Assembly (NCBI GenBank): GCA_964016885.1
Contig: OZ024760.1
Coordinates: forward strand, 17,360,001 to 17,424,000
Direction: 5' to 3'
Origin: Eledone cirrhosa
Lineage: Eukaryota
DNA length: 64,000 bases
Positions 27,844 through 42,593 of this stretch are shown here, one piece after another. Below the pieces are notes generated by a model that was not told where the DNA came from, made no database searches, and saw nothing but the letters and a program-made list of their open reading frames with translations. The stretch's first letter is position 1, and each line of letters starts with the position of its first letter. Made by a program: the position numbers and the translations under genes.

Positions 27844-28169
27844 GGTCACACCCTCATATGTATTTTTAACTCTTCCTTCTGCAGGTCTGTACATTTGTGC
27901 AGACATTGTCAACTTCCTTCCTTCTTAGGGATAGGAGCCACCTGACAACTCACTACACAGACCACTCTCTACCCACTCCCACTCCTTCTCTTTGTTCTCT
28001 TACTTCTTCAATTAATACTCCTTGATTTCTATTCTTACCTTTAATTAGATAAAATACACATTACAAACGTCTTGCGTTTATAGTAACTTTTTTACTGTAA
28101 CAACAGGTGAGAAACCTGGCTTTTGTTGTTTTAAACACAGCTGTTTGGTGACTGCAACACACACTGACC

Positions 28170-28880
28170 TACACCTACACACACACACACACACACACAA
28201 ACTAATGCACACCCACACCCACACACAGAAACTGATGTACACTCACACACGCTGATGCACACCTACACACACACACACACACTGATGCACATCTACACAC
28301 ACTGATGTACACCTACACACGCACACACACACACGCTGATGCACATCTACACACACTGATGTACACCTACACAAGCACACACACTGCTGCACACACACAC
28401 ACACAAACTAATGCACACCCACACACACACACAGAAACTGATGTACACTCACACACGCTGATGCACACCTACACACACTGATGCACATCTACACACACTG
28501 ATGTACACCTACACACGCACACAAACTGATGTACACTCATACACACACACGCTGTTGCACACCCACACACACACACAAACTGATGTACACTCACACACAC
28601 ACACGCTGATGCACACCTACACACACACACACACTGATGCACATCTACACACACTGATGTACACCTACACACGCACACACACTGATGCACACACACAACC
28701 TGATGTACACTCACACACACGCTGATGCACACCTACACACACACACACACACACTGATGCACACCTACACACACACGCTGATGCACACCTACACACACAC
28801 ACACAGATGCATACCCACACACACTGATGCGCACCCACACAAACGAACTGATGCACACTCACACTCATGCACGCACACAA
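28170..28880. repeat. CA-rich minisatellite (CTGATGCACACCTACACAC)n
   Basis: Direct reading. Confidence 0.95.
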
Positions 28881-28977
28881 ACACAAACTTAGAAGGTACA
28901 TACACCTGCCTACCTACGTCTCTCTCTCTCTCTAGCTGTCGAAAAGGCCGGAGCTCAGCCGTCGGGGTCCTGAATCT

Positions 28978-29020
<43 letters not shown>

Positions 29021-29098
29021 TGTAATTAAAGTTAAATAGTGGGTCATGCTACTCTTTTCGCTTGTTTATCACAGGGTCATCAGACAATACACACACAC

Positions 29099-29189
<91 letters not shown>

Positions 29190-29346
29190 CACAGATACAT
29201 GCGGACACATACATACATACATACACATGAATATATCCACATATATCCCTGAGTTAGTGGGACCAGTTGGGGACTATAGAAGCAGCTTAGGTATGATATA
29301 TCTTATTACTAATTATATCTAATGTTTCTTCTCTCTTCATAATATA

Positions 29347-29394
<48 letters not shown>

Positions 29395-29761
29395 GGGTAA
29401 AATTCCCGAGATTTAAATCCACTCTCCATGGTTCTTTTCAATGGCTGACAATACCTTACCGGCGCCACTCGGATAAGGTCATTATTTAACCCATAAATGG
29501 GGCCCTAACAGGTATCACTGCTCCGAGCCAGAGCAGACCTGGGAGTGATAACAACTAAGGGATAACTCCATATTCCCCACAGCTCCTGAACTCCTGAACT
29601 AGTGCCTTGCCACTGGATGCAGTTTAATGTCATACCCAGGACATATATATATATAAATATATATATCAAACTCATGCCATAATCTCGATTTGGAGGACAT
29701 ATGTCTGCTGGTATCACAACTGGATGGAAATATATAACCAGCAAGATATTCACATGAATGA

Positions 29762-29826
29762 TTTTATGAAAATCTGATGAAGTCGCATGCATAACCATGT
29801 CACAGAAATATATATAATGCAATAAA
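29762..29826 (+). ncRNA. hammerhead-like motif, partly degenerate
   Basis: CTGATGA 29774-29780, imperfect stem II (GTCGCATG/CATGTCAC), GAAA 29805-29808, palindromic ATATATAT stem III; stem I weak. Confidence 0.45.
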
Positions 29827-30010
29827 GCCATTATGGTGAAGTAACTCCATCTTAACTACACTTATTTGATAAATGAATACTCTGACATTCCTAATCACCA
29901 ACGTTTAGCTGGGATAAACTACTGACGCGGAGTGCTTTTGGATCGCTAGGACCAGCTTATCCTCACGACGTTACAGTGTAACAACCACATATAAGGGCCT
30001 TATCTTCTGC

Positions 30011-30070
<60 letters not shown>

Positions 30071-31009
30071 AGAGCGTGAAATTAATAAACATTCGTTGTA
30101 CTGCCTCTCTGTTTTGTTCCTGTTCAAATTTTTCCATTATATATATATATATATATATATATAATTCGTTGGATTTTCAAATTGGATGTTCACCCCGAGT
30201 ATACCTGAACTTCCACCATGAAATCTTTCGTATCACTGAGATTTCATTCCTTTGCTTCTTGCATATATATGTATGTGTGTGTGTGTGTGTGTGTGTGTCT
30301 GCGTCTGTGTGTGTGTGTGTGTGTGTGTGTGTACAATTTAAACAACAATAGCCATTGTATTTGACAAATAAAACAATGAATTGAATTCTGGGAAGAACAT
30401 TTTCAGATTTCCCACATCGTTATTTCTTTAAGAATAGAATAAATAGATGATAATGATGATGATGATTGTTTCTACTTTAGGCACAAGACCAGAAATTTAA
30501 AGGGGGTGGTGGGGGGGGGGGGGTCGATGATATCGACCCTAGTACATTACTGGTACTTTATTTATCGACCCCGTAAAGATGGAAGGCAAAGTTAACCTCG
30601 GCGCGGGATTTGAACTCATAATATAAAGGGCCGGAACTCTGTGCTGCAAAGCATGGCGTCCGACGCTCTACCGATACTGCCAAAGAAGAAGAAGAAGAAG
30701 AAGAAGATCAGCAGCAGCAGCAGCAAGAGAGAGAGAGAGACAGATGTGTCTGGTGTTCCTTGAGAAAAATATGAAAATATATGAGAATACAGATATAGAT
30801 TGTTTTTGGTATGTTTTTTTGGTGTGTGTATGAGGTGGGGGTGGGGTGTCTAGTCAACTGACGGGTAGTTACTGTTGGTCACATGTACAACGGCGTGATC
30901 TACAACGAGACTCGTGGTCAAATCTTGATAAACTTGTTAAATGCCGCTGAGAAAGAAAAAAACTACAACTAAACTTGCATACCTCTTTACACGTGAGCAA
31001 CACACGTAG

Positions 31010-31101
31010 GTGTTGTTGTTGTTGTTGGTGGTGGTGTGGTGTGGTGTGGTGGGTCTCTCTCTCTCTCCTGTTGTTGTTGGTGGTGGTGGTGTGGTGTGGT
31101 G

Positions 31102-31137
<36 letters not shown>

Positions 31138-31776
31138 GTTGTTAGTGTTGGTGGTGTGTTTGGTCTGTGTATCTCTCTCTCTCTCTCTGTCTCCCCTGTT
31201 GTTGGTGGTGTGGTGTGGTGTGGTGGGTCTCTCTCTCTCTCTCCTGTTGTTAGTAGTGGTGGTGTGTTTGGTCTGTGTATCTATCTCTCTCTCTCTCTCT
31301 CTCTCCCTCTCTCTCTGTCTCCCCTGTTGTTGGTGGTGTGGTGTGGTGTGGTGGGTCTCTCTCTCTCCTGTTGTTAGTAGTGGTGGTGTGTTTGGTCTGT
31401 GTATCTATCTATATCTCTCTCTCTCTGTCTCCCCTGTTGTTGGTGGTGTGGTGTGGTGTGGTGGGTCTCTCTCTCTCTCCTGTTGTTAGTGTTGGTGGTG
31501 TGTTTGGTCTGTGTATCTATCTATATCTCTCTCTCCCTCTCTCTCTCTGTCTCCCCTGTTGTTAGTAGTGGTGGTTGTGTGTTTGGTGTCTCTCTCTCTC
31601 TCTCTCTCTCTCTGCTGCTGTTGTTGTTGTTGTATTTGGCACGTGTGTTCTGGTCTGTTTGACATCTCTCTCTCTCCTCTGTTGTTGTTGGTAGTGGTGT
31701 GTTTGGTCTGTGTATCTGTCTCTCTCCCTCTCTCTCTGTCTGTCTCCCCTGTTGTTAGTAGTGGTGGCGGTGTGTT

Positions 31777-31826
<50 letters not shown>

Positions 31827-31900
31827 ATCTCTCTCTCTCTGCTGTTGTTGTTGTTGTTGTTGTTGTTGTATATGGCACGTGTGTTCTGGTCTGTTTGACA

Positions 31901-31933
<33 letters not shown>

Positions 31934-31971
31934 TTGTTCTTGGTAGTGGTGTGTTTGGTCTGTATGTGTAT

Positions 31972-32018
<47 letters not shown>

Positions 32019-34415
32019 CCAGTGTGTGGTGCAGTCGTCAAACACAACAGAAATATGAGTAACAATGCACAACCAATAACTATCTCAATTATACGGACCC
32101 GGACTGTGTGAGAGAACGGTCTCCAACGTGGTAGAAGTCCAGGCACAACGTGTGACAGGGGCTGGTCTTTAGAATTACAGGTGTAGACCTTAGATGGACT
32201 TCAAAACAGTTTCTATTTACACAATTTAAAACAACAGTTTTAGAGCTCAGCTCCTATACTATGGACATGTGATTAGAATGTCTCGGGGGGGGAGGGATCA
32301 CTGGACAGATTTCACGGGCAAAACCAGCCGGCAGGAGAACCAAGACGAGATCGGTAGACCCTGATATCATCCATGAGCTTGGCTCGTCTCGTTTGGGGAT
32401 CCAGCTTTATGGCATGGAGTTACACCCCTTTACGATCTGGGTTCAAATCCTGCCGAGATTAGCTTTGCCTTTCATCCCTACGAGGGTCGATAAAATAAAG
32501 TACCAGTAATGCACTGGGGGTCGTTTTAATCGACGCCCCATCCCCAATTGTTGGTCTTGTATTAAGTCAGAATGTATTTTTTTTTCTTTTTATCTCCACA
32601 ACTGTCTGTAAAAGTGCAGTACTTGGGCAATGGCACGTGGATTGTATAATGTTAAAACAGAGAGAGGCGTGGGTGGGAGAGGGAGAAAGGAAGGTGGGGG
32701 GGTGAAGAGAGAGAGAGAGAAAGGAAGGTGGAGGTGAAGAGAGAGAGAGAGAAAGGAAGGTGGGGGTGAAGAGAGAGAGAGAGAAAGGAAGGTGGGGGTG
32801 AAGAGAGAGAGAGGGAGAAAGGAAGGTGGGGTGAAGAGAGAGAGGGAGAAAGGAAGGTGGGGGTGAAGAGAGAGAGACAGAGAAAGGAAGGTGGGAGTGA
32901 AGAGAGAGAGAGAAAGGAAGGTGGGGGTGAAGAGAGAGAGAGAAAGGAAGGTGGGGGTGAAGAGAGAGAGAGAGAAAGGAAGGTCTAGGTAAAAATAGAG
33001 ATAGTATGAAAGGAAGATGGGGGTGAAGAGAGTCAGTGAGAGAGAGAGGGAGGGAGAGAAAGGTAGACGTAAAGAGGGGGGGGGGGGGCGCACTGTATAT
33101 TTTACTATTTTTAGCAATGTGAAGGACCAGGTAGAGGTGTCTCCGTTGTGACACGTGATGAGAAATGTGTAAATATTACAGCAATGGAAGACACTCACAT
33201 GGTACATAGTGTGATAGTGTGCTGTAGTTGAGGTGGTAGTATATAGAATGGTGGTGGTGGTGGTGGCATAGTAGTGGTAGTGGCGGTAGTATATAGAGTG
33301 GTGGTGATAGCATAGTAATGGTTGTGGTTGAGGTGGCAGTATAGTAGTGGTAGTGGTAGTAGTGGTGGTGGTGATAATATGTAGTAGTAGTAGTAGTAGT
33401 AGTAGTAACAGTAGTAGTAGTAGTAGTAGCAGCAGCAGTAGTAGGAGTAGTAGTAACAGTAGTAGTAGTGGTGGTGGTGTGGTGGTGGTAGTGGTTGTGT
33501 GGTGCGGTGGTGGTATGGTGGTGGTGTTGTTGTGGTGATGCTGGAGGTGGTTGTGTGGTGATAGCTGGTGGTGTAGTGTTGGTGGTGATAGTGGTAGTGA
33601 TGTTTGAAGCTGCAGTAGCAACAACAACGACACCTCCACCACTACCACCACAAAGACCCCTCCTCCACCACCACCACCACCACTACGACCCCCTCTACCA
33701 CCACCACCACCACCACTATAACCCCTCTACCACCACCACCACCACTATGACCTCTACCACCACCACTACCACTATGACCCCCTCTATCACCACCACCACC
33801 ACTATGACCCCTCTACCACCACCACCACTACGACCCCCTCTACCACCACCACCACCAACACCATCACCATCAGAACCACCACTACGACCCCCTCTACCAC
33901 CACCACCACCACCATCACAACCACCACCAACACCCCCTCTACCACCACCACCAACACCATCACAACCACCACTACGACCCCCTCTACCACCACCAACACC
34001 ATCACAACCACCACTACGACCCCCTCTACCACCACCACCAACACCATCACAACCACCACTACGACCCCCTCTACCACCACCAACACCATCACAACCACCA
34101 CTACGACCCCCTCTACCACCACCACCAACACCATCACAACCACCACTACGACCCCCTCTACCACCACCAACACCATCACAACCACCACTACGACCCCCTC
34201 TACCACCACCACCAACACCATCACAACCACCACTACGACCCCCTCTACCACCACCAACACCATCACAACCACCACTACGACCCCCTCTACCACCACCACC
34301 ACTACGACCCCCTCTACCACCACCACCACCAACACCATCACAACCACCACTACGACCCCCTCTACCACCACCACCACCAATACCCCCTCTACCACCACCA
34401 CCACCACCACAAACA
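31010..34415. repeat. block of minisatellites and low complexity (GT/CT composite, GAAAGGAAGGTGGGGGT units, ~36-39 bp ACC-rich units)
   Basis: Direct reading; source of the Pro-rich and RGG-like ORFs at 33495-34447. Confidence 0.9.
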
Positions 34416-34504
34416 CCACCCAAAGTAAACATGTAACTTGATGTCAATGTTTACTCCATTGGCTCTGGTGTCAAATTTTAGTCACGTAGAGATGAAGTTA
34501 GACC

Positions 34505-34608
<104 letters not shown>

Positions 34609-35468
34609 CAATCAGGATGGATTCAGTTTGAGACTGGTAAGACCATTACCCAACAGAGTACTCTGTACTTGAGGTAGTAGAGTATGGTTATATTATAATG
34701 AGTCGGGACCCGACGGCTGAGCTCTTGCCATTTCAACAGCTAGTTCCAGATTCATATTTCCTGTTTGAAAGCCCTTTCTTTCATCCTAGTGAGAAGAGGT
34801 CCTTATTTCGGAAATGTTATTTTATCCTAGTGAAAAGGGGGGTGGGTCATATTTCGGAAATGTTATTTTATCCTAGTGAAAAGGGGGGTCATATTTCGGA
34901 AATGTTATTTTATCCTAGTGAAAAAAAAAGGGCGGTGGGCTGTGTGTGTGTGTGTGTGTGCGTGTGTGTGTGTGCGTGTGCGGGGGGGGGGGGGATTTCG
35001 GAAACTTTTCTGTTATCCTAGTAAAAAGTGGAGATTCAGAAACTTTTCTTTTCCTTATGATTTTATTTCCATCTCCTGCCCCACTATCGACCCCTGATTG
35101 AGAGGCTTCTAACCTCTCTGCTGTATTTGTTTCCTCAAAGGCGTGGGAAAAGCTGTGGTTTATGCGATTCATGAATAATGAATGCCAGACATTGAACAAA
35201 AAGAATGTGGACAACGAATTTAAAAAAATAGAAAAAGAAATTCAAATCTTTAAAAAAAGATTAAAATAAAAAAGATTAATAACCAATGAGAAAGCAGCAT
35301 TTATTTGAACAAAAAATACGTTAAATTTTTATTTAATTACGAATTTAATGTTAGGAAAGTGTAACGATTTGACATCGTGGAATTTAATTCTCTCTCTTTC
35401 TTTTTCTTTCTCTCTCACACACACATATTCTCTCTTTCTCCCCTCTCTCTCACACACACACACACTCT

Positions 35469-35502
<34 letters not shown>

Positions 35503-35633
35503 TCTTTCTCTCTCTCTCACGCACACACACACACACACACTCTTCCTCTCTCTCTCACACACAAACACATCTTTTTCTCTCATATACAAACACACATCTT
35601 TCTTTCTCTCTCACACACACAAACCCACATCTA

Positions 35634-35672
<39 letters not shown>

Positions 35673-36947
35673 TCTCTCTCTCTCTCTCTCACACACACAT
35701 ACACACAAACACACATCTTTCTCCAGCTTAAATGTATGTTTGTTTACGACATGCATAAGTGACAGTCCAACTATATATATAGGACAAATAACTACGGAAT
35801 AAGAAGCAAAATGTTCCTCTGCCGCTCCACCTCACTACTTCATAAACTGTGTCAATATTCGGTTAGTTAGAAATCTTAAATTGATGACGGGTCCTCCGTC
35901 GATTTCGACCATTGAGCATCGAGTTGTTGGATCAACTGAATGTCCAACTCGTGTCAATATTTCACGGACACAAAGGGCGGTGGATTGACAGTAGAATTAG
36001 TAGAGCGTCGGACAATATAGTTTGTGGCATAGAGTTACGTCCCTTTACGTTCTAAGTTCAAATCCCGCCGAAGTTAACTTTGCCTTTCATCCTTACGAGA
36101 TCGATAAAATAAAGTACCAGTAATGCACTGAGGTTGATTCAATCGACTTTCCCCGCCCCGCCAACATTGCTGGCCTTGTGTCTAAATCAGAAACCATTAA
36201 GAATCGGTAGAGCGTCGGATAATATGCTTTGTGGCATAGAGTTACGTCTCTTTGTGTTCTGCGTTTTAATCCCGCCGAGGTGAGCTTTGCCTTTCATCCT
36301 CGCGGGATCGATGAAATAAAGTACCAGTAACGCACTGGGGTCGATTCAATCGACTTTCCCCTCTCCCCGCCAACATTGCTGGCCTTGTGCCTAAATCAGA
36401 AACCATTATTTCACAGACACGAGTAGCTTTAAGTTAACTCTCGGGTCTTATGACAACCTCACACACTGCCTTGCTGTCATAAAAAGAGGGCGTCGCCAGT
36501 TGAGAACCCCCACCCACCACCACCACTACCGGTACCACCACTACCACCACAGGTGACAACAACCTTTACTAAAGTACAACCAACCAGGTGTTAACATTTA
36601 CTAAAGTACAGTCAGCCAGGTAAATACAATATTTACTGAAGTACAGGCAGCAGGTGTCAACAGCCACTGTGAAACCTGACCAGGTGTGATTTACATCTAC
36701 TAAAAGAGAGTCAGCCAGGTATGAAAATACCTTAAATCTCTTGCTATGTTATATAATTAAAAGAACAAACAGACTTTTTGTAAAGTTTTAAAATAAAATA
36801 ATAATAATTGCAAAAAGGCCAGCAATAGAGTCCCAGTGCATTACTGGTACTTTCTTTTTATCGACCCCGTAAGGATGAAAGGCAAAGTTGACCTCGGCGG
36901 AATTTGAAAATTTCGTTATAATGGTATTCGTTATGACGGAATTTTAC

Positions 36948-37000
<53 letters not shown>

Positions 37001-37003
<3 letters not shown>

Positions 37004-37205
37004 CGAAGGAAGTGTGGTAAGGAACCAGGTGGACCATAACGCACCAGAGTACTCGATACTTAGGGTAGTAGAGTGGGTAATAGAAAAAGAGTCAGAACCC
37101 CGACGGCAGAGCTCCAGCTGTTTCGATAGCTAGATCCGAACAGTTCAGATCTAGCTGTCGAAACGGTCGGAGATCAGCCGTCGGGGTCCTGACTCTTGTC
37201 CTATT

Positions 37206-37248
<43 letters not shown>

Positions 37249-37445
37249 GGAACGAGTAGGACCCCGACGGCTGAGCTCAAGCCGTTTCGACGGCTAATTC
37301 TGGACTAAAAAGAATTAGCCGTCGAAACGGCTTGAGCTCAGCCGTCGGGGTCCTACTCGTTCCTATTACCCACTCTACTACCTTAAGTATTGAGTACTTT
37401 GGTGCGTTATGGTCCACCTGGTTCCTTACCACATTTCTTCCGTTA
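37001..37445. mobile_element. two adjacent family A fold-back elements in opposite orientation
   Basis: 37001-37207 and 37247-37445, each bounded by (TA)n or (CA)n. Confidence 0.8.
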
Positions 37446-37547
37446 TATATATATATATATATATAAATATAACTCAAAATAGTCTCATATATATTTGCCC
37501 CAGCATGGCCTCAGCCGGGTGCCTGGAACAGGCAAAAAAGTAAAAGA

Positions 37548-37625
<78 letters not shown>

Positions 37626-38261
37626 TAGTCTGCGTACAATTATAGTTTAGATGCTGCAGCATTAAAAGAACGCCTATAGCCTACAGCAGACCCCAAAGTG
37701 TCGCCCTCGTAAAAATGTCACCTCGGGGGTGGACCTGGCCCTCTAGCTACGCTACTACTACCAGGGATCGATAAAATACAGAACCAGTGAAATACTGGGG
37801 TTAATCTAATCGACATATGTCCCCTTCCTCTCCACTAAACTGTAGGCTTTGTGCCTAAATCAGAAACCATATTTAGGACAATCACCTTTCTCGTGATACA
37901 TATCTTATTATATAACAATTTCTAATTATATTCAATCTAGGACAACCATTTGTTAGTTTAATCTTAGCTTGCGTTTCTCTCTACCATCCCTTTTTGGTTT
38001 CTCATGTGAAAAGAGAAGAACTATATATATATATATATATATTAAGCAAAGAATCGCTGCTTTCACCCTTAACGGGATCTTCAGAAGATCTCGTTAAGGG
38101 TGAAAGCACCGATTCTTTGCTTAAACTTTAATCTGTTATTATAATAAATATTTGCTCTACGGTTCTTATATATTTGATATATATTTATCCTTATCGAGCC
38201 CTCTTTCGATTTTAGTCTTCAAATTTATTATTATTACTATATATATATATATAGTAATAAC

Positions 38262-38347
<86 letters not shown>

Positions 38348-38516
38348 CACATATATATATTGTGTGTGCGCGCGTGTATATATATATACATATACATATA
38401 TATACACACACACACACTATATATATATATATATATATATATACACTGGGTCGTCAAGTATGAAATTTGTAGAAATTTGTTGTATTTTTCATCAAATTTC
38501 ATACTTGACGACCCAA

Positions 38517-38586
<70 letters not shown>

Positions 38587-38742
38587 TATGTACACACATA
38601 TATACACAATACCTACCTAGAATCATACATATATATATATGTACACACACACACACATATATACAATATATATACAATATCTATCAACAAACATACATAT
38701 ATATATATATACAATATATATACAATACCTATCAACAAACAT

Positions 38743-38774
<32 letters not shown>

Positions 38775-38853
38775 GTGCCAATTCAACTTTTCAAATACAA
38801 GTCGATGTTGTACGGTATGTCAAATCTATTTATCTATAAAACTGTTTATATTG

Positions 38854-38919
38854 TATTTTGTCTGAGGAAGGCATAGCATATTGTTAATATGATATCCCTG
38901 AAATATATATAATGAAATA
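38854..38919 (+). ncRNA. type I hammerhead ribozyme (family C)
   Basis: TATTTTGT-CTGAGGA-AGGCATAGCATATTGTTAATATGATATCCCT-GAAA-TATATAT-A-ATGAAATA; predicted cleavage after A38911. Confidence 0.75.
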
Positions 38920-39048
38920 AATATGGTTTTATAAATATAGTTTCCATTTATTTAATATCGTAAATATACTCCAAATACTTGTCGAGTGCTTTTACATCAG
39001 TTATAAATATTTACTCGTTGTAACCCAACAATTTAAATATAACTTTCC

Positions 39049-39081
<33 letters not shown>

Positions 39082-39177
39082 CACATACACACTACCTGCC
39101 AACAAAATTAAAGTACATTGTTTTGTGTGCTGCAACGAAGTAGAAATCATCTCACTGCTCGCATCAAGTGGGCATGA

Positions 39178-39191
39178 GTTGTTATAGTAAC
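39178..39191 (+). promoter_or_regulatory. RFX X-box
   Basis: GTTGTTATAGTAAC fits GTTRYYATRGYAAC, ending 12 nt before the C8orf74-like ATG. Confidence 0.65.
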
Positions 39192-39203
39192 AACGCAGGA
39201 GAA

Positions 39204-39254
39204 ATGGCGAAATTGACAACTGAACAAGCCAAGTTTATCGCAAAGTTACCGTCG
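39204..39254 (+). CDS. C8orf74: C8orf74-like protein, exon 1
   Basis: MAKLTTEQAKFIAKLPS then GTAAGA; resembles recalled human MALLTPQGVKEVFQLQ; phase 0 fits exon 2. Confidence 0.75.
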
Positions 39255-39279
39255 GTAAGACCTTGTACTTATACTCTCA

Positions 39280-39341
<62 letters not shown>

Positions 39342-39412
39342 ATAATCAGAAGATACCGTTAAGGGTGAAAGCAGCGATTCTTTGATTAAACTTTAATCTG
39401 TTATTTTAATAA

Positions 39413-39479
<67 letters not shown>

Positions 39480-39531
39480 TATCGCAAAGTTACCGTTAGT
39501 AAGACATTTTACTTATACACTCCTCTCTCTC

Positions 39532-39569
<38 letters not shown>

Positions 39570-39649
39570 CATTAAAATAACAGATTAATTTTAATAAATA
39601 TTTGCTCTAGGGTTCTTATATATTTGATATATATTTAGACTTCACATTT

Positions 39650-40500
<851 letters not shown>

Positions 40501-40613
40501 GTGTGTGTGTGTGTGAGAGGGTTCATCGCAAAGTTGCCATCGGTAAGACATCGAATTTCTACACTCCTCCACTTTCTCTCTCTCTATATATATAGACATA
40601 TACATACATATAT

Positions 40614-40660
<47 letters not shown>

Positions 40661-40814
40661 CATATATATACACACACACATATGTGTGTACGTGTGAGTG
40701 TGTGTGTGTGTGTGTGTGTTTCATTCTTTGTTTCTCTTCATATATTTTCTTTCTCTTTATCTCTATCTCTGTCTGTCTGTCTGTCTGTCTGTGTGTCATC
40801 ATCTGTCGGTCTAG

Positions 40815-41007
40815 GGTATTGCGGCTGAAGAGGCACTACGGCGCAGCTTGAACCTACCACCTTGTGACAGGGCTAAAGATATCCAATATGGCCTTTACCT
40901 AGAGATTGTGTACGGTCACATGCGATTCGCCATTGATAAGGGTTTCACGTGGCCCCAAATCTGCGAGATGCCTTATATTGCTGGAGGTTTATTACAAAGA
41001 ATTAAAG
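40815..41007 (+). CDS. C8orf74: C8orf74-like protein, exon 2 (not in the supplied ORF track)
   Basis: [14 protein letters not shown]...[22 protein letters not shown]...LLQRIKG vs recalled LLDTLYESIIFAVGKGFPW...LLRETKG; ctag / GTAAGT. Confidence 0.82.
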
Positions 41008-41339
41008 GTAAGTCCTAAAATATAGCCCCCACCCCACCCCCCCCACCAGAAAAACGCCAACACTTTTGATACCAAACCGCTTGAAGTCACCGCTCCTTGG
41101 TCTATTACACATGTTTGTTTTAAGGTATTTAAATATACTAGCTGGACCCATGAAAAAATTCACGGATAATCTCTTCTCTCGAAATATATTATAACCCCCC
41201 CTCTCTCTATATATAAACCCATCTCTTTCTCTATATATTTTAACCCTCCTTTCTCTATATTAGAACCCCATTCTCTCTATATATTATAACCCATCCCTTT
41301 CTCTATATTATAAACCCCTCTTTAAATATAGTATAGATC

Positions 41340-42272
41340 CATGGACGAGTTCTCACCCGCGGTCTCTGTCCCTCATTATCTCTGCCATGTCCTGCGTCTC
41401 TCAGAGACCAGTGTCTGTCCTTAGGGCATCAACATATGTTAACCTCGGTCTTCCCCTTCCAGTGTGTCCATGCAGGGGCTCCTGAGTGCAGTGTCAACTC
41501 TGGATGTCGGTGAGCATGTCCAGCTAACCTCAATCTCCTCTGTGCTACTCTCGATCTGACTTTTGGGAGGCTCCTGTACAGCTCTGAGTTCTTCATCCTC
41601 AGTGTGTACTGATTAATGTTCAGAGCCATCCTCAGCATTCTCGTGTAGCACCCATCCACCATCTGAGTGAGTTTCCTGGTCAGTGTCCAAGTCTCAGACC
41701 TGTATAGCAGCTCAGACTCCACTACAGCAACGAAGAGACGGATCTTCAGGTCTTTACGAAGGTCCGACTTCCACACCGATCCCAAACTGTGGAACGCCGC
41801 CCAGACTTTGCTCTTCCTCTCGACTACATCATCTTCCGTATTCCAAATCTTTGCTCCCAAATACAGGAAGTCCTCAACCAATTCTAGCGGCTTCCCGACT
41901 ACATTGGTAATCTTCTCTGGCTTCTTAATATTCTCTACCAGTTACTTCGTCTTAATCTCATTCATTCTCAACCCCACACTCATCGACACAGTCTCCACCT
42001 CCTGCATCAAATCCTCTGCCTCCTTCACTGTGTTTGTCACCAGAACTATGTCGTCGGCAAATTCAGCATCCGATATCTGATGAAGATCTTACACGCTTAT
42101 GGAATCCCCAAGAAGATAGTGGACCTGATATCACTGCTTTACACCAACACCAAAGCCCAAGTCATTACACCTGATGGGATGACAGAGTTCTTTGAGATAC
42201 TGGCTGGAGTGCTCCAGGGAGATACATTGGCTCCCTACCTTTTTATCATCGCCGTGGACTATTGTATGCGCC
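41340..42272 (-). mobile_element. RTE-clade LINE fragment with inverted 5' segment
   Basis: Minus strand 41430-42079 gives FADD-like motif, FLYLGA, ETWTLT; plus strand 42080-42272 gives GVLQGDTLAPYLF. Confidence 0.88.
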
Positions 42273-42273
42273 T

Positions 42274-42331
<58 letters not shown>

Positions 42332-42593
42332 AATCTTAGACAGGAAATATAATATATATATATATACTACTAAAACTCTGCGGAAATGCCTTGCTCATTT
42401 TGTCCGCGGGGCACAGCCGAAACACCGCTCTGACTCAGGTGTAGTCTGTCTTCCTCTCTCCTTCCCCCTTTCTTCTTTTGGTCTAGTAGCCATTGCTCTT
42501 CCTCCTCCTTTTCCTCTCATTTATGGCATTTATAGTTCTTTCCAATACTTCTTTCTTTTTCTCTACCTATGTCCATTTATCTCATTATTCCAG

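Noticed and set aside
33495-34447. Extensin-like or RGG-box-like ORFs
   Set aside because: Minisatellite open on both strands with no unique domain or credible exon boundaries
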